NCBI GenBank assembly: GCA_030704615.1
Contig: CM060733.1
Location: forward strand, 27,094,001 to 27,158,000
DNA length: 64,000 nt
Origin: Takakia lepidozioides
Taxonomy: Eukaryota; Plantae; Bryophyta
Reading direction: 5' to 3'
A program made the position numbers and the translations under genes. Below the pieces are notes generated by a model. It searched no databases, was not told where the DNA came from, and worked only from the letters and a program-made list of their open reading frames with translations. Shown in pieces: positions 51,755 through 64,000 of this stretch (its first letter is position 1; each line of letters starts with the position of its first letter).

Positions 51755-53366
51755 ATGAGTTTTCGGGTACGTTCCAGTCTTTGCCTTACCGCATTCCTTG
51801 GCTGCCCTGACAAGAGCTTCACCTGGAGACAGTTTGAATGGAGTAAGGGTTGCGCGGCGAGGGCTTTAGTTGCTGGGGGGGTGTGTAGTTGTCACTGTCC
51901 TCGGCCATGGCACTGCGTATTCAGTCTCCTTGCCAGGATTTGTCTCTTTCGTTTCAGTGATTGCATGCGCTCTGGCATGAACATATCTGGGGTATGAATT
52001 GTGTGTTTGATGGGAGCAGTTTCACCAGTACCAGGTGGTGGGGCGGGCGTTGCCGACCCCCACCAATGAGCAGCCGAAGGCGTACCGCATGAAGCTGTGG
52101 GCCACTAACGAAGTGCGGGCAAAGTCCAAGTTCTGGTATAAATTCGCAATCCTTCCGCCTTTGCTTGTAAGAATCTTTCAGGTGGTTCTGGCATGAAGAA
52201 TCCAGCTGGGAACTCAAGCTGCTTGTTTCACTCACATTACATACGTGAACTTCTGTCGGAAACGGATCATGATCTGCCAGCCAGCTTGCAACCTGGTGGG
52301 GAGTGCACATCGGGATAACTCAAGTACCGGAAGTGTTTAGGTACATCATAACAAAGTATAGCTATGCATGTTTGCACCGACGAGCTATACTCTTTGTTGG
52401 AAGTAGTTTAAGTAACCCAGTCCCAAGAAGGGGGGCGATCCCTGAAATTTTAGATCGGAACTTTTAAGTGTGTGCACTTTTACTGCCGTTCGTTTCCATC
52501 CAGTACTGCAGAAGGCAGGAGTGGTACCTATAACTATCTGATTTATTTTTGCTTTGTTGCGCAGGTACTTCTTAAGGAAGTTGAAGAAGGTCAAGAAGTC
52601 TCATGGTCAAATTCTTGCAATTAATGAGGTAATGTACCCTGCAAGTTCCAATTTCACCTGAGGCACTGGAAGAGAGCGGTGGCTTTGGAGGCTATTTCCA
52701 CTCGTCACTAGTCTACTAAGAACGACCTCATGGTTATGGGGGAGTGCGTTAGACATGCTTTTCTTTCAATGAATGATGTAGATTTCCCACGAGTGAAACA
52801 TTGACCTCAGAATCATACTCGCATGGACACAAAGCCATAGCCAACCCAGTTCCAGTTGTGAAGGCCCCAAGCAGTATGGGGCCTGACCCGCTGGCTTAGT
52901 GGTAGTACCAGAAGGCTGAAAAGGGTAAGGAAGGCCTCCACTCAGATACCAGATGGTAGGATTACTTGGGGTGAACAGTGCTGACAGTGCTGACATCTTT
53001 CTAAGGTGTTTCCGACATTGGCAGATCTTTGAGAAGTATCCTACCACAATCAAAAACTTCGGCATTTGGGTGAGATACCAGAGCCGAACAGGCTACCACA
53101 ACATGTACAAGGAGTACCGTGACATTACCCTCAATGGAGCAGTGGAGCAAATGTATGATGAAATGGCCTCTCGCCACCGCGTGCGCTCCCCTTGCATACA
53201 GATCATCAAGACGGCAACCATCCCTGTTTCTTTGTGCAAGCGCGAGAACACCAAGCAATTTCATGACTCCAAAATCAAATTTCCATTGACTTACCGCAAG
53301 ATTCGGCCACCCAGCAGGAAATTGAAGACCACATACAAGGCCAGCAAGCCCAATACCTTTGTGTAA
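51755..53366 (+). CDS. RPL18A: 60S ribosomal protein L18a (eL20), 4 exons
   Basis: MSFR|[13 protein letters not shown]...AKSKFW|[21 protein letters not shown]|[33 protein letters not shown]...KPNTFV*. Confidence 0.97.
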
Positions 53367-53823
53367 CTTTGGCCGCCGCAATGGGAGTTGGAAACTGTGC
53401 ATGGCAGGGCAATTTTGTCAAAGTTTCCCGAAGTTCTGGTGATAATAAAGCATCTTGTTTGGATTATCTGAAAAATAATCTTACATTTCATTGGGTTACA
53501 GAGCATATCTATTTGATGGCAAACTGGAGCATCACACTCACTGCTTTGGCTTTACTATGTGCTTTACTATGGATGGGGGATTCATTGCATTGGCCTACAG
53601 GTCCTCTAAGGTTGGAGGTGATCTCTCTTTGCAACCATGGACTTATATAGTGTCAACAATTGTTGATTATGGTATTGTTGCTCACAAGTCACAGTGATGC
53701 GTTGCTGCAGTGTCAAACTGTAGTTGACCTTAAATGTCTCTTGTCCTTAATCCAATATGGAGACCTGTTGCTGTGCAAAACTACTTGTATAGGCCAAACA
53801 AGTACAGATGGACACAATACTTC

Positions 53824-56800
53824 TTATATTACATTCAAATATTGAGTGGCCAAGACTGGAGTTGGCTGAATGTTGAAAAATGTGCAAGCAACAAGAATTG
53901 CACAACTGGAAGCTACATAAAGCTTTAACCAAGGTGATGATAACAGGGCATATCTTAACATACCAATGCTAAAGATCATGTAGATAATGAAACTTGCTAT
54001 GCACCTTCTTGAGGCCAAAGGCTCATCTATTGGCCGAGTATCAAGGAAACAACCATGTTTGCTAAATCCAGCCAACAACTTGTCCTTCTTGGCAAAGGTC
54101 TCATACAGCCAATCTGATGCCCCCTTTTCTGAGGCAGGAATTTCAGATACCGGTATTCGACGGATATGAATATGAACTTCTGCTGGGTCCATGCCAAACA
54201 GATTGTCAATGAAAGAGGGGCACCGGTGCCTGTAACCGATTGTCAGGTCATAAACTGCAAAACATATCACAGGAAGTCAACATTAAAGCGTATTCCAGCT
54301 GAATCTTCTATTTTATCACGGGGTGCTTGGTTTTCTGATTGAGTACCTTGAGGTGTAGAGCAATGTAGATTTGATCAAAAGACCTGAAACGGACCGTTCA
54401 TCAGAGGAACACAATATCGCTTCACAGACTTCATAATAAACTGACGTCACAAAACCTCAATAGTTATGTTTACTGTGGGACAAACAGAAGCAATTACATG
54501 TCGAAGGTCAAATGCGTCTTCTTCAGATCCCAGTCAGCATCCTTTCACTGAACTGACGACTATTACCTAGTCAGCAAGATTTTCCTTTATCTGCCTGAGA
54601 GGCAGACAATCAAACAACATTTACCTGCATTCAGGGAGGTGCGGAGTTGCATGAAGCAGCTCACAAAACCTCGGCTGCGGGGTTGCAGCACATTGATCAG
54701 CTCTGGATAACCTTGTTCCCTGGCTAAAAGGTTGCCTTTCAACCGTTTTGCTTCCCTGTGACACACAAACTGAGTTAATGCAACAAAACAATGGGTTGAT
54801 TAGAGGGGAAGGACCAAGTGGTTGGTTTTCCTCTGATATCTGACGTGTTCTGAATGTGACCTAAGGCTCTTGGATACTGGAGTACGCAGAAACCATTCGT
54901 GTTAATCTGAAGTGCCGTTTAGAGTAAAATCACCCGCAGGCCCATATGAATTTGAAACCCATTTAGGGAGGTGAAGGGGAGAAAGCAATTGAGAAGATGG
55001 CCAGCTCTGGCACCTGTCTTTCACTGGGGTAGTGTATTGCTGCACACTGCAAGCCACACATATGGTGCCCCAAGGTTGCTCCACTATTAACTGAGGAGTC
55101 CACATGCTCTTCACAAAATGTTAGACAAGTCTAGTCTCAGGTGATGAGATCCAAGGACCTCAGCAGGCAGCCATCAGCTCAGCCCAACCTAGATCACTTG
55201 TGCAAGATGAAGCTTAACAAGTGGCTTTCAACTAAACCTAGCCACAGCAATGACACTTCTGGTATGCAGGCCAAAATAAGCCCCAGAGGATGACGCCACA
55301 AGGTCTTTGCAGTCAATCATAGTAACAAGCACATGAACTAAGCTGAGGAATGGGTGAACATTGCAAAAATAAGCAGGATTGGAATGTGACATCTCACACT
55401 ACCCTTCCAATAGTTTTTCAGTACGTGCCCAGAATTGAATTGAACAATGCTGACAAATCTTTCCCAATGTCGAATAAACAAATGTTGGATTGACTACATG
55501 CCTGGGTCTACCGTATCCAATGCTGCTCAACGAGGTCAGATGCAGAATGAGGACTGAAGTTGACCTGGTTGAAGGTTGGATCTTACGTGAAATCTGTGCC
55601 CTCTGGGAAGACAATCAGCCAAAGAGGATCGGCTGGATCCTGGAATCTGTCTAGATACGACTTGATGACAGGGCCGTCAACTTCCCATTTTCGATCCAGC
55701 ATCAAAAACTCCATAACATGGAAGGCCCAACCAAAGACAGGCATGTTGCGTAACGAGCTTTTGACAGCATACTTGCAGTAGCCAATGTGGCTCTTCCGAA
55801 TTGCCAGGTTCCATATGTACATCCAGTCCACCTCAGTGCGGTGGTTGCACACTAATATCACACGCTCCTCCTGGGGTACATTGTCCCCTGTGAAAACCAC
55901 CTTCATTGCCATGCAAGTTTTTCTCAGATTGGTAATCCATGCGTCAGTTGTAACCAGCAGAGCTATTAGTTTCTGCCAACGGCTGGTGGGAGATTCATGA
56001 ATTGGCTACAGTGAAGACTTCCCTGCAGGTCTTCAATGTGCATCAGGGGCCGTCCCTTGTCCAACATGCAGCTCCAGCAACACAATACCTAAGACTCAAG
56101 GTTGGTCTGGGGGGTTGGACGATGAAGAAGCATGATTAGTAAAGGAATATCAACTGAGAGTGAGAGAAAACACCATTTGAATGGATATTGTGATCACAAA
56201 CCAACGCTGCCTTTAATCCAAGAACACTCTCAAACCAGACTACGCAGCAGTACCGAGCAGGTGGATTTTTGGTCTCAACAACAATTCATAACTTTTTTCT
56301 TTGCCCACAATCCTTACCACTGAGGTTCCGTGCGAAAAGGTGATTAGCTTTGAATTGTGATCATAACTACTCTGAACATGCACTCCGTTGCTAGCCTGTG
56401 TTCTATCTCAGCAGAAACCAAAGAAGAGGGGTTACCAAAGAATACAAGGCAAGAGCTTACCTTGGTTTCGTTGATTTTTTCGAACAAAAATGGCCACATG
56501 GAGAGCCAGTGCCCAAAGAAGAAGGCTGTATACTTCCGACTGTAATGCACGCTAAAGAGACGCACAAACAGAAAGGTGAAAGGAGACAAAAAGATGAGCG
56601 CCACAAACGCCGTAAGGATCAGGACAAGAACGCATATTATACCCCGCACCACTCTGAAAGGAGTCAATGGCCGGTGCACTCTTGACCCGATTGCCTGCAC
56701 CCTCACCAACGTTGCTCTGGGATAGTTAGTGTCAAACTATCTCTCTCTTCTCTCTCTGTATGTCTCTCTCTCTCATCCCTGCTCTCGGACCATCCCTCCC

Positions 56801-56948
56801 GCCCCCTTTCCTGATCCGTCCCAACCGAGGGCGGGATACGTCTGATTAGTCTGAGTACATCTCTCTCTTTTGTGCCTTATACAGAATGCAGGGAAAAGAG
56901 AAGGGATACGCCCAGGTAAAGTAACCGAAATGATGTCGCTTGTTGCAT
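53824..56948 (-). CDS. 1-acyl-sn-glycerol-3-phosphate acyltransferase (LPAT4/5-like)
   Basis: NHRTEVDWMY (NHx4D) and FPEGTDFT motifs plus VYDLTIGY. Exons about 56716-56461, 55900-55587, 54755-54624 and 54254-53824. The first exon (ATG 56948, MQQATSFR) is tentative. Confidence 0.92.
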
Positions 56949-57839
56949 AATACGCCTTCCGGTAGGACTAGGAGAGTACTTCCAAGGCAGACCTGAAAAT
57001 CGCCGGCGATTCTGCGCTAGAACCAGCTGATTGAGCACGGCAGCAATCAGACCTCACTGTCTCTCATACTCCCCTGTATTGAATTCAGAACTCCCCTCAC
57101 AACTATCACAAGGAAATCCCTTCGTGCATGCGATATGGAAACCATCACCGAACTGTGATGGCCCTGATTACAGACTAGTGCCGCAATAATGGGGACCAGA
57201 CGAGTCAGCAGCGCAAAAATACTCTTAAGAACCAGCGCCACCCAGTGACCCACAGATGCAACCACTCCCCTGTTTGGATTGGTGACATTTAAGGGTGATC
57301 ATCAATTACCCCTGGCCCTGTGGAGGCGTAGAGCGTGCTGTCACCATCTTCAGTTGCACCCTTCAATTTGTCATGCTCGGACATAGAGATCTCCGGAGGA
57401 AATGAGTCCTCACTCCCTTGAGAATGAGCTGTGGACACGGCCATGGACGCCTGCATCGCACGTCGGATTGCTGATAGCCAGTCTCTTCCTCCTCAAAGAA
57501 TACAACCCTACAAAACCAGTTACGCGATATCTCTGCAACCCAAAACCCAAAAACGTGTGCAGATCTCTCCCAACTCCCTCACACAAAACTCTCTCGAATT
57601 CTCCATGCCCCCCTCCTCCCTCCCTCAATTACGACAGACCCGCACTGACGATCTTCTTGGTCAGTCAATTGCAAATCCTCGAGGGGGTTGTACTCGGGAT
57701 TTCTTGGACTCAGACACAGCGCCATGTCACACAGACTATTCTTCCGTACATGTGTCATGTGAGCCATCCATCATCAAACAAACTTGTTATGCTATTATCT
57801 TATTGACATTTCTATTCATTTTGGCCAGGATTTAACAGA

Positions 57840-58500
57840 CTGAGTCAGCAACGCTGTGCTTCAGTCTTGACAAAGCTGAATAGAAAACTGCTCCATCCAC
57901 TCATCTATCGCTGGGAAAGCCTTGGTTGTTAATCAGGTATTGCTAGCCTCTACTTGGTTCATAGCTTCGGATTGGTCCCCTTGCCCCTTGATAATAAAGC
58001 AGATCAAAGTTCTTGTCCGTAGTTTCCTGTGGGGAGCTTCCCTTGCTGTCCCAAATCGTCGGGCCTTGGTAAGTTCGACCCAGATCACGCAAAAAAATAT
58101 ATATATTGGGGGGCCTGGGATTATTGACCCTCAAACCCAAATTATGGCGTTGTTAGCAAAGTGGGTACCTAGAACATTCACGCACATTACCATGGAACCT
58201 GCTAGTTAGACAAAACATTGTTGATTCTGGGCCTTCTCTTGTGGCCCTCTTCTTTGAAATGGGTAGCCCAGGGGACTCCTTCAAAAGGTGTTAGACATGG
58301 CTCCAGGGCATGGTAGTCTATTTGGACCGTTGCGAATCATGCCCCATCTCTCTGAGAAATCTCCTTCCACCATTGATGAGATTATGAGACAACCTTTGTT
58401 TGGTAATTCTGACAAATATTCGGAAATGCTTGTCTTTTGTTCCAAACAACGGGGTTTATGGGAGAAGGCATGGATTTCTCATCTATCACACATCTAGGAA
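57840..58500 (+). mobile_element. LINE ORF2 fragment (post-RT region), degraded
   Basis: LVVNQVLLASTWFIAS.W...VRSFLWG...GGPGIIDP, as in plant L1 ORF2. Confidence 0.75.
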
Positions 58501-58667
58501 TATGGCTCTCCTCTTCCTAGGGTGATTCATGTCAGTAAGTATGGTAAGTTGTACAATGCTTACAACCGCTTCACCCCATGTTGTTTGGAGGGGTCGAGCC
58601 TCCCTCCCGGTCTGCCACCACCAGCAACCTATGCCTTAAATACAATGGCATGTTCTTTGACTTAAAT

Positions 58668-59200
58668 TCATGTCATTGTGCGAGGAGAAGCTCTAAGCTC
58701 GGAAGCCCCATTGAATAGTACGGATTGTCTGTATGGATGATTCAATGGGAGATATCTGCAATGCCCACAATACAAAAGAATTTCACAGGCATTGGAGTAA
58801 CGTGAATCAACGTAAGGCCCACATGCAGTGCAACCTGCATAACGCTTAGTGGTTTGCCCTGCCAACAACCCATATGCAGGATAACCGTGTATGGACCACA
58901 TCAAGATGGCTCTCATGTGAACCTTTTTCTCCCCAAGGCTTGGTGACATCCTCAGCTGTAACTCCTATCCATAGTTGTTTCAACTCTCCTTCGGGAGGCA
59001 TCATGTATGATTATGTGGGTACATGTGGACTGTTGAGTCTTTGGGGGAGAGGGTTGGGAAACTCTATTGCCCAGGTGAAAGTTGTTAAAAAGTGTTGACA
59101 TTCCAAACCAAAGGCAGCAAGTAGCTATTGGGGACAAGACGTGTAACCATACAAGGTGTCAAGGGAATGTGAGATCAGCCTGTCATATTGCAAATTCAAG
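58668..59200 (-). mobile_element. CACTA/En-Spm transposase (Transposase_21/TNP2) fragment
   Basis: LKQLW.GV...MRAILMWSIHGYPAYGLLAG...GCTACG...HCRYLPLNHPYR...FNG. Confidence 0.85.
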
Positions 59201-61983
59201 AGAGTGTGACACCATGGTACCATATGTTATGCTTGCTTCAGCAAAAGTCTTTCCCAGATCTCTACAAACATTATCCCTTAGGCTTATATCCTAATGACCT
59301 CTTGATAGTTTTTGTTCCTTTTACATAAAATTCTAAGAAATTCTTTGTCTTGGAAGGTCACGGTGGGGCTGATGAACCAGCAAATTTGAAATAAAATTTC
59401 AGAGTATTTATCCTATATTAACAAGAAACTCTTGATGCTTCGCTATAACCAGCCCACCATATTTTTGCAAAATATTGCATCCAAAGTCATACCATATATC
59501 AGGACCTTTTGGGCATCCAAAAGTTCAGGGAGAGGGAAGTTAAGATGACGAAAGATTTAATTTACATGATAATCTTATGTCTAGACATGCCTAAAAGAGG
59601 AGTTGAAAATTGAAACACGTTCTCTTGCAAATTATAATTATGTATTAACACCTTAGGGTTTCTTTTGCTAAGTTCCCTTCACCAAAATTTTATCACAGTT
59701 TCAAACACGAGGGGGACTTTGGCTTTATTCAAAAGGAAATATCAATAGCCGAATTAGGTTGTCATTTGAGAACTAGATAAGAGCAGTGAGCACCACCCAA
59801 GTGATTAGTATCATTACGGATGATGGGTCTTAAGTTCCCTTTGACAGCCTAGTAATTTGACCAATTCTACAAGGGACTGGAGTCATTGCTTTCAACATAT
59901 AAAGCCGTTTGAATCTCCCTTGGCCCATAAATTTAACAAGACGTGATATACCCGTGCTGTACCCTGCTATTATTTTGTGAAATGATCATTGTTATTGTCA
60001 CTAATAATATTCGTACAAAAACTAGAATAAATAAATAAATATTCCCAAGCTTTGCATCATTTGTCCTTCCTTCTGATTTTTCAATGATAAACTTGTTGTT
60101 TTCGTCCATATTTCTTATGTTATGCTACCATTTTATTTTGTTATCCTCCTCCATGGCCACCTATTTCATCATCATTGAATTTACTCATCTATTTCAGTAA
60201 GTGCAAAAACTAATCTCTGATGGATTAGAACACAACACCACTTTATCCACAATCACTTTTTTTGCTTTCTTTCTCCCCCTTCCTCCATCATTTTTGCTAT
60301 TCTGTGTTGTGCTTTGACATAGAGGCACATAAAGAAGTGCATGGTTTTGAAGTTCTTGAGATGTGGAGGGAAATGGGCAGTTAATGGTTGCTACTACACA
60401 CATGGAAACATCACAAGATATGACGAGGAACAAGCTCAAAGTAGAACTTAAGTTGCAAGTGTAGGGGGTCAGTAGTTGTGGGCCGATGTTGAAAGCTATT
60501 CTTCTAGGACAGAGGTGGATACTCAATAGAGGATTTTTGTAATCACATTCATTGCAGCTTGTTGGGGGACACCAAATACGCACTCATGTGGGGTGGAAGT
60601 GCCAAGCACTACCCACAGCGTTATTGTAGACATGTCTCATATCATTCATGATGAGGATGTGGTTTAGATTATCAAAAAAATTAAGTCCCAAATCTGGGTT
60701 GGGGCAAGATAGAGCTTGCATGAAATTCATTATCTCCATCTATTCACAACTCCATTTTTCTTTCTGACTCTCCAATATCTAGTAAAGTTCAATCATGTAG
60801 ATATGATGATGTTTGCTTAGATGATGTTTGTTTGGGGTTTTTGTTCAGATGTTAATGACAACATATACCGTCCATGAGGTTGTTCCTATTATTATTCCAA
60901 TTTTAGTGCAACATATGTAGATCGCCCTTAGTAGACTTGAGGATCTAGCAAATTCAAGAACAACTAGAAATGAGTTGCATGCATATGTGCTTGTGCATCA
61001 TAGGTTCTCTTATGCATCGCCACTTCTGTTTGATAATATATCCATGGATCGTGGAGACCGGCCTCTATATTGCTGAAGCCCACTTGGAGGTGAATTTTGT
61101 ACCAATATTTCCTCTTCACTCTTATGTCTCTTCTCTATGTGTTTTCTCCATAAATATGTCACAACAACAATTGGCAATAACTAGTTAGGAGGTTGTAGCA
61201 ACCATTGAACAGTAGGAACTGAAAGTTTGTTGGACAAAGATCCTTATGAGGCTATGGCAGGGAGAAGGAAACTCTAGATAGTTATACTTTTATTACATTC
61301 GCTGGTTATAAGGGTTGCAAACATGCAACAAGTCCGATTTTCCATTGTATCTGTGTGTCTTATGGCCTACTGCCATTGGTGTATGACAAAACTACTAAAG
61401 TCTTTTAGTTTGAGCATCTTGTTGTTTGAGAGTACCCATTATCTTTGGGACCTAAGGCCGTCCATAGCTAGAATCCACTGTAGAGTAATTGATCTTTCGA
61501 ATCATTGTCTCAAGATCTTTGTATGGTGGGAGAAAAAGAAGGTTGAAGCATGTATAAGGTGCTTGAATGCAAGGCTCATCTGATTTGTTCAAAAACTCTA
61601 GTACTGTAATTTTGGAACCCCCAAAATATACCTATCATGTTACGAATACAGCAAGTCGGGTGCACTCTGCATGTGACATAGCATGAATTGTCTTCGTGAA
61701 CAATGCTCGTTGCATTTCATGAATGGAGGTATGGAATGATATCTCCCGTATGAACTGGTTAATCTCTATGGTACAAGAACCCGAGACGTGGTCCGTAGAG
61801 CCTCAGATCCCAACAAGTCTAGGCCTGCATGAAAGCATTTTTTTTTTCTTATATCTGTACAAGGGCTTGTTCAATGGCTTTGTAGAAGCCAACCCTAACT
61901 GCTTTGCCACACATTTTCTTCCATTGAAGAGATGACTCCAGACTAATATGCCCCCAATTTTCTTCTCAACTTGTACGTGTACG

Positions 61984-62420
61984 TGTAACACCCAAGATCT
62001 ACACAAACTAGAATAGAAGTACTTCTCAACTTTTTTCCAAAACAACTCGATGCCTTTTAGGCTTTCATTGCAGGTTTATATACCCTTCACAATATGATTA
62101 TTTATAAAGGTTTGACTTGAGAGCCTCAAGTCAAAGCTCCAAAAGTCAACCTTCCTAGGTTTGACATATTCTCCACAATACGACTTTATCAAAGATACTT
62201 GCTAAAGTCAACCTTCACAGGTTTGCCATATTCTCTACAATATGACTTTATCAAAGATTTGACCTACTCTCCATAATATGGATATCTTAGAGGTTTGACT
62301 TGAGAGCCTCAAGTCAAACTTCCTTAAGTCAAACTTCTTAGGATCTTTCCTAGTTATTCTAGAAACTTTTAGGGAACTTTCCTCCTCTATCTAGAACCTT
62401 CTAGATTCTACCTTGTTACA
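61984..62420 (-). mobile_element. 3' LTR (437 bp) of a Gypsy element
   Basis: Bounded by TGTAACA...TGTTACA. On the minus strand it is immediately preceded by the polypurine tract AAAGAGGGGAGAAT. It contains internal tandem repeats. Confidence 0.8.
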
Positions 62421-63700
62421 ATTCTCCCCTCTTTCAAGAAGCAACATCCTTGTTGTTCGAATTTTCAAAAGCTTGAATTGCCAATTGAGCATTTGCGAGA
62501 TTTTGCACCGGTTCTAAGTAGCTTCATATAATGGAAATCCTTTCCATAAAACCAAATACTCCAACACCTCATGTCGCCCTCGTTTGTATGTGCGTTTTTT
62601 CAGAACACAGTCGACCTCTCACTCTTCATTTCCGTCTATCAACTCTGGTAAATGTTATAGTTCTTGATTATATTTTAATATTGATGGTCGAGGTTCGTAA
62701 CGACGTAGTAGAGAAACGTGAAACACCGGGTGGATCTTCATATGTGGTGGTAACTCCAGCTTGTATGCTACTGCTCCAATGCGTTTAATGATCGAAAAAA
62801 GACCAATGAACCGTGCCCCTAGTTTTCGCGATCCAATGATGTGTAAATTGGTTGTAGACAACTACACTTGATCCCCAACTACAAACTCCTCATCCTGTCG
62901 ACGTGCATTTGCATACTGTTTTTGACGATTTTGGGCAACCATCAGCTTCTCTTTAGCTTGACGTACTCCCTGTCGAATTTGTTGCACAAATGCGTTAGTC
63001 GCGGCTACCTTGGATAACTCCTCTTTTGGTAAATTGAACTTCGTAAGAGTTGTTGGCACATTGGGTGTTCACCATACATAAAAAAGAAATGAGTTTCTTT
63101 CGTTGACGCGTTGACCGAGTTATTGTATGAAAATTCTACCAATGGTAATAACCAATCTCACTCTTCTTGTTCTTCTAACGTAAAGGCCCGCAACATGTCT
63201 TCAATTGTACGATTTGCTCGTTCTGTCTGTCCATCTGACTCCGGATGATAGGCTGTTGACATAGCTAATTTGGTTTTAAAAATACCAAATAAGTTTTTTC
63301 AAAACAACCTAGTAAATTGGGTACCCCTATCAGTAATGAGAACTTTAGATAGCCCAAACTCCAACATGTCCTGCTATCGCCGTATCATGAGCTTCAAACA
63401 AGACTTCTGTCTTCAATGCAGGTTTATCAGGGATCCAAAGTTTACCTTATGTGAATACCAACCCTCAAACTTCTGTCACTTTGCCCTTCTTTTAGCGTCC
63501 ACGATCTCCCCATCATCTTTAGAAGCCGTCGTTATCTTGTTCCACCAATCGGGTTGAATGTTGATTTCTATCAATGTGTTCATGCGCGGCATTCTTGTCA
63601 TTGCATCTGCCAGTTGCCGTTTTCCCTCCACATAGACGATCTTCATATTAAATTGTTGTCGTCACTCCGCCCAATGAATCTGTCCCTGCATCGGAGGTCG
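62421..63700 (-). mobile_element. Ty3/Gypsy chromovirus pol remnant (RNase H end, integrase, chromodomain), 5'-truncated
   Basis: [57 protein letters not shown] and the chromodomain YLVLWKGFPLYEAT, with stops and an internal deletion. Confidence 0.92.
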
Positions 63701-64000
63701 TGTGCCTAGAAGGATCACAAAATGTAGTTTTAGAAACAATTTGAATTCAACAAAATGTACTCGGGTGCAATTCGGGGAACCCAAAATCATGTCTTATATT
63801 CTGACAAGTGTTGTCTTTCCTATATCACGTGACTGTGGCATGACCAAACTAAAAAGTCGCGAAGGAAATGAATGAAATGGAATTATACGGGGCCGAGACA
63901 TCTATACATCTATACATATTTATAACACTGATGCATATTAATATGTCATGTTGACTTAGAAATTTATGGTGGGCGGTATATATTATGGGGATGAACAATT

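Noticed and set aside
52187-52282. Possible intronic C/D snoRNA in RPL18a intron 2 (CTGGCA...TGCCAG stem, ATGAAGA and ATGA boxes)
   Set aside because: Both boxes are non-canonical and I could not identify an rRNA-complementary guide.
59300-61950. AT-rich decayed coding-like sequence
   Set aside because: Probably TE debris, but no motif could be assigned with confidence.

Overview
Nuclear genomic DNA of a land plant, probably a seed-free lineage (inferred from the PLS-PPR style and a microbial-type terpene cyclase; the species cannot be identified from this window). Eight spliced housekeeping genes were reconstructed by hand: VPS2, sphingosine-1-phosphate lyase (DPL1), UTR7-like nucleotide-sugar transporter, SCO4-like CAAX protease, complex I B15/NDUFB4, SNAP33-like SNARE, RPL18a and LPAT4/5. 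There is also one intronless DUF642-like secreted protein and many transposon relics (LINE, CACTA, Gypsy chromovirus). Main highlights: (1) a 6,425-bp non-autonomous CACTA element (25903-32327) with matching CACTACAA termini and a TCA target-site duplication, carrying a mosaic of intron-containing host gene pieces (a Pack-CACTA); (2) those pieces point to a donor gene in which OSB-type PDF single-stranded-DNA-binding motifs run in frame into a PLS-class PPR array, and they include an inverted UGT 3' end; (3) an intronless, pseudogenised HAD plus class II terpene cyclase fusion (AstC/drimenol-synthase type), a horizontal-transfer candidate; (4) a tandemly duplicated last exon in NDUFB4 that offers two intact C-termini. 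All family assignments come from motif recognition by eye; no database searches were run.
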